Origin: an uncultured archaeon
GTDB lineage: Archaea; Nanobdellota; Nanobdellia; Woesearchaeales; CAIVOO01
NCBI GenBank assembly: GCA_963845175.1
Contig: CAWJRI010000006.1
Coordinates: 1-44,848 of the forward strand
Length of the DNA stretch: 44,848 bases
Reading direction: 5' to 3'
Positions 25,554 to 35,671 of the stretch are shown piece by piece; positions within the stretch are counted from its first letter, which is position 1, and each line of letters opens with the position of its first letter. A program made the translations under genes and the position numbers. The notes under the pieces are model-generated. The model did not search any database and was not told the DNA's origin. It saw only the letters and a list, made by a program, of their open reading frames with translations.

Positions 25554-26565
25554 TTTCAGCCACCTCGTGCAAGCTCTGTGCCCAGCCCAATGGGCAGTTC
25601 TCGTTGTATTCGCTTGAATCCGCGAAGTAAAGCTCCGGAAGTTCATTGTATTCATTCATCGCTTTCAGGCTTTTGTGCATGTAATGAATGTGTTTTTGAT
25701 GGTTGCCGAGCTTCTTGTAGATTATCGCAAGCCAAGGAAATCCCATTGTCCACTCTGCCTCACCATTTTTGTTGTAGTATCTGTCGCCAATGTACCTAAT
25801 TACCCCTCTGTTTCTTACAAGTTTTTCCTCAACATTTTTAAGTATTTGCTCTCTCTGCTCGTTCGTCACAACCTCGTAGGGCCAGATTAAGGATAATAAA
25901 GCCATGTCAGTCTCTTTTGTCGCAGATTCTCTTGGAAGCAGCCTGTTCAATGTCTCCTGCCCCTTTTCAATAAGCTCGTTAGGAACAGTTATTAAATGCC
26001 ATTTGCCGCTAATCAAGAATGATGTCTGCCTTAGTTTCTTCAGTCCTGCTACGCATGCGCCGACAGAAGATGCGTGAACTTCCTCATTCTCCTCCCAGAC
26101 TCCGTTGTCTGCGTCGCCATGATATTGAATGGACTCGAGATAGAGGACAAGCTTCTGGACAATCCTGAGATCGTCCGCTGTCCTCATAATCTCGAAGCCC
26201 ATTTGCGTCAGTTCAGATAGCTTGAATAGAAATAATCCGATTGAATCGTTCTGCTTGTTTCCCCACTCCTGGTTGCTTTCTTCCAGATTGTGAGGATGGT
26301 ATCTTGCGTGAATGTAATCCTGTTTGTCTGATGGTTTGTTTTTGATTGCTGCGTCAATCTTGCTTTCGTGCTTTAGGAATATCGCAAGAAGTGTTCTGAA
26401 AGTTAGTGCAACAGCGTTTGGATCGACTGATTCCAAGCCCATTGCAGAATAAATATTATCACGAATCCAGGCCATATTGTAGCCTGTTGAAACTGTTTTC
26501 TTAGAGGCTGAAAATAGCCCGTTCTGATGTCTTAGTCCATTTAGTATCTGTACTGACGCTTTCAT
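25546..26565 (-). CDS. glycoside hydrolase family 15 (glucoamylase-like) catalytic domain protein
   Basis: Carries NGLFSAS...GYNMAWIRDNIYSAMGL, NGVWEENEEVHASSVGACVAGL and PELYF...NCPLGWAQSL, the (alpha/alpha)6 GH15 signature regions. Confidence 0.8.
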   Translation of the reverse strand: MKASVQILNGLRHQNGLFSASKKTVSTGYNMAWIRDNIYSAMGLESVDPNAVALTFRTLLAIFLKHESKIDAAIKNKPSDKQDYIHARYHPHNLEESNQEWGNKQNDSIGLFLFKLSELTQMGFEIMRTADDLRIVQKLVLYLESIQYHGDADNGVWEENEEVHASSVGACVAGLKKLRQTSFLISGKWHLITVPNELIEKGQETLNRLLPRESATKETDMALLSLIWPYEVVTNEQREQILKNVEEKLVRNRGVIRYIGDRYYNKNGEAEWTMGFPWLAIIYKKLGNHQKHIHYMHKSLKAMNEYNELPELYFADSSEYNENCPLGWAQSLHEVAENA

Positions 26566-26602
26566 TTAACCACCACATAATAGTAACATATTAAGTATAA
26601 CT

Positions 26603-26619
26603 AATATATAAATCTTTCT
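26603..26619 (-). promoter_or_regulatory. BRE/TATA-like promoter element AGAAAGATTTATATATT
   Basis: On the minus strand, about 40 nt upstream of ATG 26565, with GGTGG 5 nt before the ATG. The TATATA core is symmetric, so it might also serve the + strand ORF at 26637. Confidence 0.45.
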
Positions 26620-26636
26620 GTTTTTAGTATTAGAAA

Positions 26637-26900
26637 GTGGTAAAAAACAACAGATTTTTATATATGCTAATTTTACCCAAAAACATGACAGATTTAGAAT
26701 ATATGCTTTGCCCAGAAGGCCATGCTATTTGTTATTCAAGGGGCAATGCTGCCAGGGATTTTTCTGATAATGAAAAAGATGCAATGTCATTGCAGCCGAT
26801 GTTTGAATGGGGATTGTACTGCTTCCAGTGCGACATGGCTTATGGAATGAGCAAGCTCAAGGAGCCTGAAAATAAACATGAGCTTGGAAAAAATTCTTGA
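26637..26900 (+). CDS. small Cys/His-containing protein, start uncertain
   Basis: The track ORF starts at GTG 26637, with ATG alternatives at 26664 and 26685. A TTTATATA box at 26656-26663 would fit a leaderless ATG at 26685. C..H...C..C residues (CPEGHAIC, CFQC) suggest metal binding. Confidence 0.4.
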   Translation: MVKNNRFLYMLILPKNMTDLEYMLCPEGHAICYSRGNAARDFSDNEKDAMSLQPMFEWGLYCFQCDMAYGMSKLKEPENKHELGKNS

Positions 26901-27318
26901 GAATAAAGACAATGCCAGGTATGCAAAATCAGAGTTAGCTGGATTTGTAACAGGATATTCGCTTGCAACCATAACGACGATTTTATTGAAGCATTACGAT
27001 GCCAGCAACGTAGCGAATGTATTCTTTACATATGCTGCAAAAGACCTTGGTTTTACAACAGGCAAGGTTCTTTCGCACAGGCGCGATTATTTGAAGCTGA
27101 TAAAATCCTGCTTCTCAGCAGTAGGATTAAATGTTATATTGCAATTAGGCGTACATTATTTAGTTCTCAGCAAGGATTATGTGCCATATTACATTGCTCC
27201 TCTTGTTTCGTATGCAATTCCCGGAATGATATCAACAAGCTATCGCTGGCGTCGGGATTATAAAGGAAAACTTGTTTTGAATGATGCAAAAAATAATGGG
27301 ACGAATGCCGGCGCTTAA
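26878..27318 (+). CDS. integral membrane protein, function unknown
   Basis: 146 aa with 3-4 hydrophobic helices. Overlaps the preceding ORF by 23 nt. Confidence 0.45.
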   Translation: MSLEKILENKDNARYAKSELAGFVTGYSLATITTILLKHYDASNVANVFFTYAAKDLGFTTGKVLSHRRDYLKLIKSCFSAVGLNVILQLGVHYLVLSKDYVPYYIAPLVSYAIPGMISTSYRWRRDYKGKLVLNDAKNNGTNAGA

Positions 27319-28049
27319 GAATATTCAACTATCTGCATCAGCCTGTCATAAATCCGCCTGAAACATCCATTCACATCCGCATCTATCTCCAGCTTCTCAA
27401 CCTGCATATTCTTCAGCATCGAATTCAGCTTCTCAAAAATCTTTATCTGCCTGTCTGACAGGCTCAGCTTGCTTTTCGTGGCAAATTCAGCCAGCTCCTT
27501 CAGCAAGTCCCCAAGCTCCTCGAAAGAAGCTGCTTTGTAGAATAATCTGCTGTTATTCCTGTTTAGCCTCATTGCAATATTCGCCTGCTTGTTTATGTTT
27601 GCGTCTGCATAGGCTATGTGCGCCAAGTTCTTTTCCCTGTTCTTGAAATCCTTCAAAATCTCGTCGAAAGAATCAGCCAGCAATGATTGCAGTTTCTGCA
27701 TTGCATTCTCTTCTTTTCCAGAAATATATTTTATCAAACAGCTGTCTTTTTTCTGCTGGACAATATCAAAGCCAGGCAGTTCATTCAGGATTTCTCTTGC
27801 TTTGTCAATTACTTTAATATCTTTAAACCTTATCTCAATCTCGTCAAATCCCTCCCTGTAAAGAGAAATCAATTTCTGCATCTTATCTGCTTCTATTGAA
27901 GCTGACCTAGAAGAAGTTATGATTACTGCGTTTTCTTGCTCTTCAATACTGACTTCGTCCCCTTTTTTAAGATTGAACCTTTTGACCCATTTAATAGGCA
28001 GGGAAACCATCAATGTTGCTATTCCCTGTTTCACTAGCTTTCTCTTCAT
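27315..28049 (-). CDS. AbrB/SpoVT-domain regulator with helical PhoU-like C-terminal region (tentative)
   Basis: MKRKLVKQGIATLMVSLPIKWVKRFNLKKGDEVSIEE is an AbrB/SpoVT swapped-hairpin motif. ATG 28049 is preceded by AGGAGG. The N-terminal extension to 28124 in the track looks non-coding. Confidence 0.55.
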   Translation of the reverse strand: MKRKLVKQGIATLMVSLPIKWVKRFNLKKGDEVSIEEQENAVIITSSRSASIEADKMQKLISLYREGFDEIEIRFKDIKVIDKAREILNELPGFDIVQQKKDSCLIKYISGKEENAMQKLQSLLADSFDEILKDFKNREKNLAHIAYADANINKQANIAMRLNRNNSRLFYKAASFEELGDLLKELAEFATKSKLSLSDRQIKIFEKLNSMLKNMQVEKLEIDADVNGCFRRIYDRLMQIVEYS

Positions 28050-28286
28050 TTGCTTCCTCCTTATTGGGGGTGGCCTTAAAATAAAAAAAGAGCAAAAGGA
28101 AGTATTTGCTGTTTGGCGGTCCAATCCTTCTGCTCACAAGGCGTGACGCTCTTTCTGAAGCAAAAATATAAAGATATAGCTAATATTTAAACTTTTCTAT
28201 TTTATTTATAATTTTATTAAAAGTATATACTTTTTAAAAATGCGAAAGATATTTTTATATATGAAAATACAAAAAAAGAAAGCGAT

Positions 28287-28886
28287 TTACCTGCTTGCGT
28301 CAGCCTGTCTTTCCAATTCGTTCTTCTTGGACATTGCCTGCGAGCCCATTTCTCTCTTGTATGCCAGAATTATCTCATCTGCAAGCGTCTCAGGCGACTT
28401 CTTCTTGCTGTGGAACTTTTTCTGATATGCTGACTGGACCATCTGCCTCAGGCAAATGTCAATCCTTCTCTGGGGAGCGCATTCAACTGCCTTAGGATAC
28501 CTTGCTCCGCCGTATTCGATTGTGACAATCTCCTCTCTCGGAGCTGCGTTCTCCAATGCCTTTACAAAAACAGCAATCGGATTCAGCCCTGTCCTTTTCT
28601 CGATTATATTAAATGTCTCCTCGACAACATCGCTTGCTGTCTGGGATTTTCCGCCACAAGAGCCAGAAGACCTAAAATGCTTCTTTCCCTTGTGCCCAGG
28701 CTGCATTAATTTATTGATTAATCTTTCAACAATGAAAATCCTTGATTTATGGAACTGCTTGCCTGCGTATCTCGCACCTGTCTTCGGCATCATCTTCGGC
28801 TCAAGAACAATGTAATTCTGGAGCCCAGGATCATCTACCTTGATTCCTGCTGTGCTCCATTTTCCGAATACTAGTATTTCGCTCAT
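28287..28886 (-). CDS. rps7: 30S ribosomal protein S7 (uS7)
   Basis: Carries [45 protein letters not shown] and a C-terminal ELERQA. It sits at the conserved position after rps12. Confidence 0.95.
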   Translation of the reverse strand: MSEILVFGKWSTAGIKVDDPGLQNYIVLEPKMMPKTGARYAGKQFHKSRIFIVERLINKLMQPGHKGKKHFRSSGSCGGKSQTASDVVEETFNIIEKRTGLNPIAVFVKALENAAPREEIVTIEYGGARYPKAVECAPQRRIDICLRQMVQSAYQKKFHSKKKSPETLADEIILAYKREMGSQAMSKKNELERQADASR

Positions 28887-29320
28887 TTCCTTGCCTTCTC
28901 AAGCTTTCCATGCCTTAAAGCCAATAATGACTGATCATTAACCTTGATAACCTGCCACCTGACTCCCGGAATATCTCCCATTGCCCTGCCTTGTTTTCCG
29001 CCGATGCACTCGATTAAAACCTCGTCGTGCTCGTCAATCAGCTTGATTGCGCCATCGCCCGGAGCAAATGCAGTAACCTGCCTTCCATTCTTAAGCAGCT
29101 GCACTCTTACAGCTTTTCTCATTGCTGAGTTCGGCTGCTTTGCCTCTAACTGAACTTTCTCAAGCACAATTGCCTTTGCCTGTGAAGAGCCTTCCAGCGG
29201 ATCGAACTTGATTTTGGTGCCAAGTGTTCTTCGTATGTATCTCTTATCGCACCATTTCGACTTCCTTCTTCTCTTCTTCAGCTTTGATGCTGAGTTTATT
29301 CCACTTGATTTGCTTCCCAT
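28883..29320 (-). CDS. rps12: 30S ribosomal protein S12 (uS12)
   Basis: Carries [48 protein letters not shown] and [14 protein letters not shown]. Confidence 0.95.
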   Translation of the reverse strand: MGSKSSGINSASKLKKRRRKSKWCDKRYIRRTLGTKIKFDPLEGSSQAKAIVLEKVQLEAKQPNSAMRKAVRVQLLKNGRQVTAFAPGDGAIKLIDEHDEVLIECIGGKQGRAMGDIPGVRWQVIKVNDQSLLALRHGKLEKARK

Positions 29321-29322
29321 TT

Positions 29323-29736
29323 TTATGTTACCTTTATTTCGTTTATCGGAAAATATCTTTTGACCTGGCTTTCCAGCCGTCTAAGATTCTCGGCTGCCCT
29401 TCCGATGAGCATGCCGCGCGTTTTTGAGTCAACTGCTGTAAGCGTGATTATGCCTTCGCTTTCCTCAATATTCATCAGCTGAAGCGGATGAATGAGGTTT
29501 TTGATGAATTCAATTACATTCTCGTTGAACTCGACTATTTTAATCTTTCTCTTGAGCATCTCCGAAATTCTCCGGACATTTGATGCGTTCTTGCCTATTG
29601 CCCTGCCCATTTCTCCCGGCAGCACAACAAAGACAAGCGAATCATTCTCAGCAAAGCAATCCTTAAGGTTTGCCTTGGTCAGCATCTGGAACAATGACAT
29701 AATTTTTATTGTTTCCGAATCAAAACTTATCTTCAT
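29323..29736 (-). CDS. nusA: archaeal NusA-like transcription termination/antitermination protein (two KH domains)
   Basis: Carries [30 protein letters not shown] and [23 protein letters not shown], i.e. two GxxG KH motifs. ATG 29736 overlaps the rpl30e stop (ATGA). Confidence 0.9.
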   Translation of the reverse strand: MKISFDSETIKIMSLFQMLTKANLKDCFAENDSLVFVVLPGEMGRAIGKNASNVRRISEMLKRKIKIVEFNENVIEFIKNLIHPLQLMNIEESEGIITLTAVDSKTRGMLIGRAAENLRRLESQVKRYFPINEIKVT

Positions 29737-30008
29737 TTTTCCAGCTTCTCGATACTTAGTATGCAAATCTGGAACGGTTTCTTGCAGACCGCTCCCAGCT
29801 CGTCGCTCTCCTGCTCGAGCTCGATGACAGGCGTCTTTGAAAGCTCTGCATAGTACATTGCGTCTGTCCTTGTCTCGTCTGGGCAGTTCTTTGCCAAAAA
29901 TACCTTTTCAAGCCTGCCTAGCTTGAGCTTTTTGATAGTCCTTTCGGTACCTATGATTAATTGTTTTGTCTTCAAAAGCTTCTTGATTAATGATACGTCG
30001 TCTGTCAT
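29733..30008 (-). CDS. rpl30e: 50S ribosomal protein L30e (eL30)
   Basis: Carries KQLIIGTERTIKKLKLGRLEKVFLAKNCPDE and SDELGAVCKKPFQICILSI. It sits at the conserved position between rpoA'' and nusA. Confidence 0.9.
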   Translation of the reverse strand: MTDDVSLIKKLLKTKQLIIGTERTIKKLKLGRLEKVFLAKNCPDETRTDAMYYAELSKTPVIELEQESDELGAVCKKPFQICILSIEKLEK

Positions 30009-30123
30009 AAACGGAACCTCTGGAAAGTTTGCTTCAGAACACCTGAATGCTTCCCTTCTCTTCCGTATATATTAGAAAATGGAGGTGGTTTATAAAGGTT
30101 ATTATTTAGAACATTGAAAATAA

Positions 30124-31272
30124 TTATTTCTCTATATTCTCTTTCTTCTTCGCCTGCAGCACAGGCATTCCTGTTCCCAGCGGAACAACCTGGTTCAGCA
30201 TGACGTTCTCAATAACTGAATGAAGCCTGTCCTCTTCGCCGACTAGGCTTGCCCGCATTATGTGCCTGATTGGCGTCTCGAATGATGCCCTTGCAAGGAC
30301 GCTGGATTTTTCGTTGACAACGCCGTATCTTGTTATTCCCTTGATTGCTCCGGACACGCACATTGTATCTGAAATTATCATCAGATGCCTTACGTCAATC
30401 TTCAATCCCTGTGATTTGATAACCTTCAGCAGCTCGTCAATGATTGCTTCCCTTGCGGCCTCTATGCCAAGCACAGCTGCAATCTCATAAATATCATTTG
30501 AGTTTGTCCTTTCCTTGTCAACCCAGTCAAGCCCGAGAACCATTTTCAGGTTTGAGCCTGCAGTCAGAATAATGTATTCGTTGCCCCTCTTGACAGGCAG
30601 AACCTGCGAAACTCCCTTGACACCTGAAACGTGTGTTTCCTTCAGCTTCTCCTTCAATTTGTAAAGTGAGTTAAGATTAGCATCCTTGTCCTCAAGCCTT
30701 GCTATTATCGAAATTGTGTCCTGCTTTATCTTCAATGATTTCATTGCCTTTTGAAGCGTCTTTGACAGCTGCGCAAGTGTCAGGTCAAGGTCCTTCATCT
30801 TCTGTTCGTCGATATCAACCTTTATCATCATGTCAGCGATATTGACCAAAAACTCGGTTGCAACGTCCTTCAGCTTTATCTCCTTTACAAGCAGCGCCTT
30901 CTTCTTCACATTGTCCTTTTCATTGTAGGGCGCGTTAAGATATATCTCCATCATCGGTGTTGAAATGGTTTTCCTTGCGTCGAGAATCTCAATTATCCTC
31001 GGCAGTCCCATTGTGACGTTCATCTCAGAAACTCCTGAAAAGTGGAATGTGTCGAGTGTTGCCTGCGTTCCCTGCTCCCCGATTGACTGCGCAGACACCA
31101 GACCAACGCATTCGCCTGCGTCTGCCTGTGATTTTTCATACTCAGTGTAGACAGTCTCAAGTATCTTTTTCAATCTTGCCGCATCTGTCTTCTCAGGCAG
31201 ATTTGCCTTTATCTCGTCAAGAATCAGCTTCGGCAGCTTTTCCCCGTATTCCTTGAAAATTTCATCGTTCAT
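30124..31272 (-). CDS. rpoA2: DNA-directed RNA polymerase subunit A''
   Basis: Carries [29 protein letters not shown] and [25 protein letters not shown]...ASFETP. The start overlaps the rpoA' stop. Confidence 0.97.
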   Translation of the reverse strand: MNDEIFKEYGEKLPKLILDEIKANLPEKTDAARLKKILETVYTEYEKSQADAGECVGLVSAQSIGEQGTQATLDTFHFSGVSEMNVTMGLPRIIEILDARKTISTPMMEIYLNAPYNEKDNVKKKALLVKEIKLKDVATEFLVNIADMMIKVDIDEQKMKDLDLTLAQLSKTLQKAMKSLKIKQDTISIIARLEDKDANLNSLYKLKEKLKETHVSGVKGVSQVLPVKRGNEYIILTAGSNLKMVLGLDWVDKERTNSNDIYEIAAVLGIEAAREAIIDELLKVIKSQGLKIDVRHLMIISDTMCVSGAIKGITRYGVVNEKSSVLARASFETPIRHIMRASLVGEEDRLHSVIENVMLNQVVPLGTGMPVLQAKKKENIEK

Positions 31273-33866
31273 TTTATGTTCTGCATTATCCTCTTCACGT
31301 CAATCTTTCCGCCCACAGAGCGCGACACGTCAATGCCGTCCTCGCCGTATTTGAACTGTATTATCTTGTTGCTTGCATCCCTGACTGTGCCGTCATAGTC
31401 AACTCTTATGTCCTGCATCGCGTTCGACAGCCTTCTGTAGAGATATCCTGATTTTGGCGTTCTCAGCGCAGTGTCCATAAGCGAGTCCCTTCCTGTCATC
31501 GCAGCAAAAAAGTATTCTGACGGGCTCATTCCCTTTCTGTAGCCGTATTTTATGAATCCCCTTGCGCCCTCTGTCAGGTCGCCTACCCTGAACGCCGAGA
31601 TTGTCCTTCCCTTGTATCCCTTTTCTATTCTTTTTCCCCTAAGAACCTGCTGTCCTATGCAGGCGGACATCTGCCCAAGAGTCAAAACGCTTCCTCTTGC
31701 GCCTGCCCTTGCCATGATTATCATGGGCGTAGGCTTTGTCGCATACTCGGCAACAATGTTTCCTGTCTTGTTTCTGACATTGTTAAGCGTCTCAATGATT
31801 TTAAGTTCAAGCGTCTCTTCAAGCGTCTTTCCCGGGAAAGCCTCAAGCGTCCTGTCATGCAGCGCTGAAATCAGCTCCCTCACCGTCGTGGTCGCCTCCT
31901 CAAGCGCATTTTCAATCTTCTGCTTCGCGTCCTCAGGCAGGTCTGTGTCAGATATTCCCGCTGTAAATCCTTTTATGAACAGGTAGTTCACGCCAAGCTT
32001 TGCAACCTTTGCCAAAAAGTCAACTGCAAAATCCCTTCCATACTTCTGGTGAAGATTTCTCAAAAGAAGCCCTGCGCCCTTTCCAAGATTTGCCGAATCA
32101 AGCGTCCCCTGGATGAGCTTGCCCTCTTTAATTACTATGTGATTAATATCCTTGCAACCCTCCTCAGGCCCCTTCTTGCACAGCTTTGAGTGGGCTGAGA
32201 AATTGAAATCATCAGGAAGAAGCATGCTGAAAATCTCCTTTCCTGAAAAAGCTTTCTTGTTTGGAAGCTTTGAAAAATCAGTTATTCCCGAGTCAACAAG
32301 AAGCCTTATTGCATCCTCTTTCTTGACTGCATCGTCTCTTGTAAGCAGGAAGTTTCCCGAGATGCTGTCCTGGATGCATCCCATTATGCTGAGCCCGAAT
32401 GCAGGAGAGATAAGCTGGGTTGGAACCTCCATCAGCATTTCCGCCTCTACCCTTGCCTCCTCTGTCTGGGGAATGTGCAGGTTCATTTCGTCACCGTCAA
32501 AGTCTGCGTTGTACGGGTGGCAGACAGACGGATTCAATCTCAGCGTTCTTCCGGGCATGACCTTTACCTTGTGGCACATCATTGACATCCTGTGAAGCGA
32601 AGGCTGCCTGTTGAAGATTGCAATGTCTCCGTCCATCAAATGTCTTTCAACAATGTATCCCGGCTGTATCTCTTCAAGAATCTGCTCCTTCATCTCCTCT
32701 GTCACTTTCTTTTTCTTTCCGTCGGGCCTTATGACATAGTTTGCGCCGGGGTATTTGTCAGAGCCCCTCTGCACAAACGCCTTCAGGTAATTCATGTTCC
32801 ACTGCGTCACACGCTCCGGAATTGTGAGCTTCATCGCCATAACAAATGGAATTCCGACCTCGTTCAGCCCAATCATTGGGTCAGGGCTTATGACTGTTCT
32901 TGCAGAGAAGTTTGTCCTTTTTCCGGCAAGGTTGTATCTTATTCTTCCCTCCTTGCTCTTGATTCTCTCTGCCAATGTCTTCAATGGCTGCCCGCTCCTG
33001 TGCCTTGCAGGCGGAAGCTGCGCAACCTCATTGTTATAGAAAGTTGTAACGTGATACTGGAGCAGGTCCCACAAATCCTCAATTATGATTTCAGGCGCGC
33101 CTGCATTTATGTTCTCAAACAGCCTCTGGTTGATTCTTACAATGTCACCTAGCTTGTGCGTCAAATCATCCTCTGAGCGTTCGCCTGACTCAAGCGTGAT
33201 GCTTGGCCTTATTGTGACAGGTGGAATCGGCAGTATTGTCTGCACAGCCCATTCAGGCCTTGTGTATTTCGGATTCAGCCCGAACAGCTCACAGTCCTCG
33301 TCAGAAATCTTCTCAAGCCTTGCCCTAATCTCTATCGGCGTTATCCTCTTCTCGTTCTCGATGAACGTTGTCGGCTTCTCGATTGTAATCTTGAACTGTC
33401 TTGCCTTGCAGTGCGGGCATTTGTTTGTTGTTTTCAGTGAAGTTATTTCGTGCTTCACTATCTTTCTCCTTTTCTCAAGCCCGACTTCCTTCTCAGCTGT
33501 TGCCAGCTTCTCCATTATCTTGTCTGACTTTGCCTTTGGTATCAGGATTTTTCCGCATTCTCTGCAGGTGTATTTCAGAAGCGTTGATATCAGGGAAACC
33601 AAGTTGATATTAATTACTGGCCTTGCAAGCTCTATGTAGCCGAAATGCCCGACGCACTCCTTTATTTTTGAGCCGCAGGTCTTGCATCTCAGGCCTGGAT
33701 CGATGACACCCATCCTTGTGTCCATTAATCCGCCGTCAACAGGATAGCCCTCCTTGTCATAAAGCTCAGGCGTCACAACCTTGACAGTCGCCATTTTCTT
33801 GATGACCTTCGGGCTTAGCAGTCCGAACACAATTGAATTCACTTTTTTGTAAACGTATTCTTCCAT
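31269..33866 (-). CDS. rpoA1: DNA-directed RNA polymerase subunit A'
   Basis: Zinc motifs [20 protein letters not shown] and the catalytic [13 protein letters not shown]. Bridge-helix region GREGLMDTA-like sequence ([12 protein letters not shown]). 865 aa. Confidence 0.97.
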   Translation of the reverse strand: MEEYVYKKVNSIVFGLLSPKVIKKMATVKVVTPELYDKEGYPVDGGLMDTRMGVIDPGLRCKTCGSKIKECVGHFGYIELARPVININLVSLISTLLKYTCRECGKILIPKAKSDKIMEKLATAEKEVGLEKRRKIVKHEITSLKTTNKCPHCKARQFKITIEKPTTFIENEKRITPIEIRARLEKISDEDCELFGLNPKYTRPEWAVQTILPIPPVTIRPSITLESGERSEDDLTHKLGDIVRINQRLFENINAGAPEIIIEDLWDLLQYHVTTFYNNEVAQLPPARHRSGQPLKTLAERIKSKEGRIRYNLAGKRTNFSARTVISPDPMIGLNEVGIPFVMAMKLTIPERVTQWNMNYLKAFVQRGSDKYPGANYVIRPDGKKKKVTEEMKEQILEEIQPGYIVERHLMDGDIAIFNRQPSLHRMSMMCHKVKVMPGRTLRLNPSVCHPYNADFDGDEMNLHIPQTEEARVEAEMLMEVPTQLISPAFGLSIMGCIQDSISGNFLLTRDDAVKKEDAIRLLVDSGITDFSKLPNKKAFSGKEIFSMLLPDDFNFSAHSKLCKKGPEEGCKDINHIVIKEGKLIQGTLDSANLGKGAGLLLRNLHQKYGRDFAVDFLAKVAKLGVNYLFIKGFTAGISDTDLPEDAKQKIENALEEATTTVRELISALHDRTLEAFPGKTLEETLELKIIETLNNVRNKTGNIVAEYATKPTPMIIMARAGARGSVLTLGQMSACIGQQVLRGKRIEKGYKGRTISAFRVGDLTEGARGFIKYGYRKGMSPSEYFFAAMTGRDSLMDTALRTPKSGYLYRRLSNAMQDIRVDYDGTVRDASNKIIQFKYGEDGIDVSRSVGGKIDVKRIMQNIK

Positions 33867-33867
33867 T

Positions 33868-35670
33868 TTAGTATTTTGTCCTCAATATAAGCTTTGGATA
33901 GATTCCCAAAGCCTTTAATTCGTCAAGCATGAGCTTGAATGCATAGGCAATCTCGACATAGGAGATGTCAACATTGTCGCCGCACATTGGGCAGTATGAT
34001 TTTTTCTTGTACTCATTGTGGATTGCGAACATCCCGCAGTTCTCGCACACCGGAACCAGTGTCTTGTCTGAGTCGAATCTTTCCTTGAGGAGCATGGATG
34101 CGCCGTGCGATACAAATGTATCCTTCTCCATTTCTCCAAGCCTCAATCCACCTTCCTTTGCCCTTCCTTCGGTAGGCTGCCTTGTCAAAAGCTGTATTGG
34201 GCCGCGCGCCCTTGAGTGTATCTTGTTTGCAACCATGTGCTTCAGCTTCATGTAGTACATGTTTCCGATGTAAATCTTTGCCTCCAGCTGCTCGCCTGTC
34301 TCGCCGTTGTACATTGTCTCTACCCCATTTTCCCTGAAGCCGAGCGAAAGCAGCTCCTGCCTTATCTTTTCTTCCGGCTCTGAGCTGAATGTCGTGCCGT
34401 CAACATATCTTCCTGACAGCGCGCCGACTTTTCCGCCGATTAATTCAAGCAAATGTGAGATTGTCATTCTTGTGGGCAGGCTGTGCGGCGAGAATATTAA
34501 ATCCGGAACAATGCCTGATGCTGTGAAAGGCATGTCAGATTCCTTTGCAATCAGCCCGATAATTCCTTTCTGGCCGTGCCTTGACGTGAACTTGTCTCCT
34601 ATCTCGGGGATTCTCTGGTCCCTGATCCTCACCTGGACAAGCTTGTTTCCTTCCTCGCTCTCTGTGATTGTGATAAAATCAATGATTCCCTGCTCGCCGT
34701 GCGCAGCAGCAAGCGAGCTCTCCCTTCTGACATTCGTAGTCAGGCTGTACTCGTCAGCTCCGCTCAGGAATCTTGGCGGGCTTGTCTTTCCTATGATAAC
34801 GTCGCTTTCAGCTATCTGAGCCTCCGGATAAATTATTCCGTCCTGCTCCAGCAGCCTGTAGTCCTTCTCGCTCCTGTAGCCCTTTATTTCCTTGTCTGGA
34901 ATTGAAATCTCGTCAGTAAGTCCGCCTGCATATCTAAGCTCCTCTGCGATTGTCGGCCTGTAATAGGATGAGCGCGCGAAGCCCCTGTCAACCGAGCCCT
35001 TGTTGATTATGATTGCGTCCTCCATGTTGTAGCCCTTGTAGCTCATGACAGCAACAATTATGTTCTGCCCGGCAGGATGCTTATTATAGTCTGAAATCTC
35101 ATGCATGATTGTGTTCACAACAGGCTTCTGGGGCGTGTGCAGGATATTTACATCCATGTCCATCCTGACTGCAAAATTTGCGGCGTAGATTCCCTGCGCC
35201 TGCTTCTGCGTCTTTGAGCCTGCATTGACTTTTGCAATCGGCGTGTGGTTTGAATAGGGAACAAGCGAACTGATTAAGCCGAGGAGTGAGATGGGCGAGA
35301 CTTCGAGATGCGTGTGGTCCTTTGTAAGCTCATGCTCGTAGAAAGCAACCAGCGAATTTTCCTCTTCCATCGCGTCAAGGTACTCTATGACGCCCTGGTT
35401 AACCAAATCAGACCAGTTTATCTCGTTCTTCTGGAGCTGCTGGATGTGCCTGTCTGTCAGGAGAGGCTGCCCGTACTTGACGACAATCAAAGGCCTTCTG
35501 ACCCTTCCCTTTGAATTTTCTATCCAGACTTCGTTTGATTCAGCATTATAATAAGCATTGAGGTTCCTGTCTACGGCGCCTTTCCTTCTTTCCTCTACCA
35601 GATTCTGCCTGAACTCCTTCGGGTTCTCGACAGTTCCTATAAACTTGTTGTTAAGGTATACGTCTGCCAT
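33868..35670 (-). CDS. rpoB1: DNA-directed RNA polymerase subunit B' (C-terminal half of Rpo2)
   Basis: Carries GDKFTSRHGQKGIIG, the PFTASGIVPDLIFSPHSLPTRMTI pattern (track: PFTASGIVPDLIFSPHSLPTRMTISH), GEMEKDTFVSHGA and the C-terminal zinc ribbon CENCG...CPMCG. Confidence 0.97.
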   Translation of the reverse strand: MADVYLNNKFIGTVENPKEFRQNLVEERRKGAVDRNLNAYYNAESNEVWIENSKGRVRRPLIVVKYGQPLLTDRHIQQLQKNEINWSDLVNQGVIEYLDAMEEENSLVAFYEHELTKDHTHLEVSPISLLGLISSLVPYSNHTPIAKVNAGSKTQKQAQGIYAANFAVRMDMDVNILHTPQKPVVNTIMHEISDYNKHPAGQNIIVAVMSYKGYNMEDAIIINKGSVDRGFARSSYYRPTIAEELRYAGGLTDEISIPDKEIKGYRSEKDYRLLEQDGIIYPEAQIAESDVIIGKTSPPRFLSGADEYSLTTNVRRESSLAAAHGEQGIIDFITITESEEGNKLVQVRIRDQRIPEIGDKFTSRHGQKGIIGLIAKESDMPFTASGIVPDLIFSPHSLPTRMTISHLLELIGGKVGALSGRYVDGTTFSSEPEEKIRQELLSLGFRENGVETMYNGETGEQLEAKIYIGNMYYMKLKHMVANKIHSRARGPIQLLTRQPTEGRAKEGGLRLGEMEKDTFVSHGASMLLKERFDSDKTLVPVCENCGMFAIHNEYKKKSYCPMCGDNVDISYVEIAYAFKLMLDELKALGIYPKLILRTKY

Positions 35671-35671
35671 T

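Noticed and set aside
25554-25655. N-terminal extension of small paralog P1 overlapping GH15 by 110 nt
   Set aside because: The extension (MNTMNFRSFTSRIQANTTRTAHWAGHRACTRWLK) has no resemblance to the paralogs. The internal ATG at 25553 gives the compact 8-nt overlap seen elsewhere in the operon.
28050-28124. N-terminal extension of the AbrB/PhoU-like ORF
   Set aside because: The AbrB domain starts at MKRKLVKQG. That ATG has an AGGAGG 6-7 nt upstream, and the extension is Pro/Phe/Ser-rich non-domain sequence.
30009-30123. Possible L30e autoregulatory K-turn in the rpl30e leader
   Set aside because: Only a weak 5-bp hairpin (TTCAG..CTGAA) was found. No convincing K-turn (tandem G-A) geometry could be read by eye.
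31552-33639. Several 140-190-aa plus-strand ORFs inside rpoA'
   Set aside because: They are antisense to an unambiguous RNA polymerase A' gene. The Ser/Leu/Phe/Cys-rich translations are typical of the reverse frame of a Lys/Glu-rich gene.
33965-34905. Plus-strand ORFs (96, 170 and 68 aa) inside rpoB'
   Set aside because: They are antisense shadows of rpoB' with no independent coding evidence.
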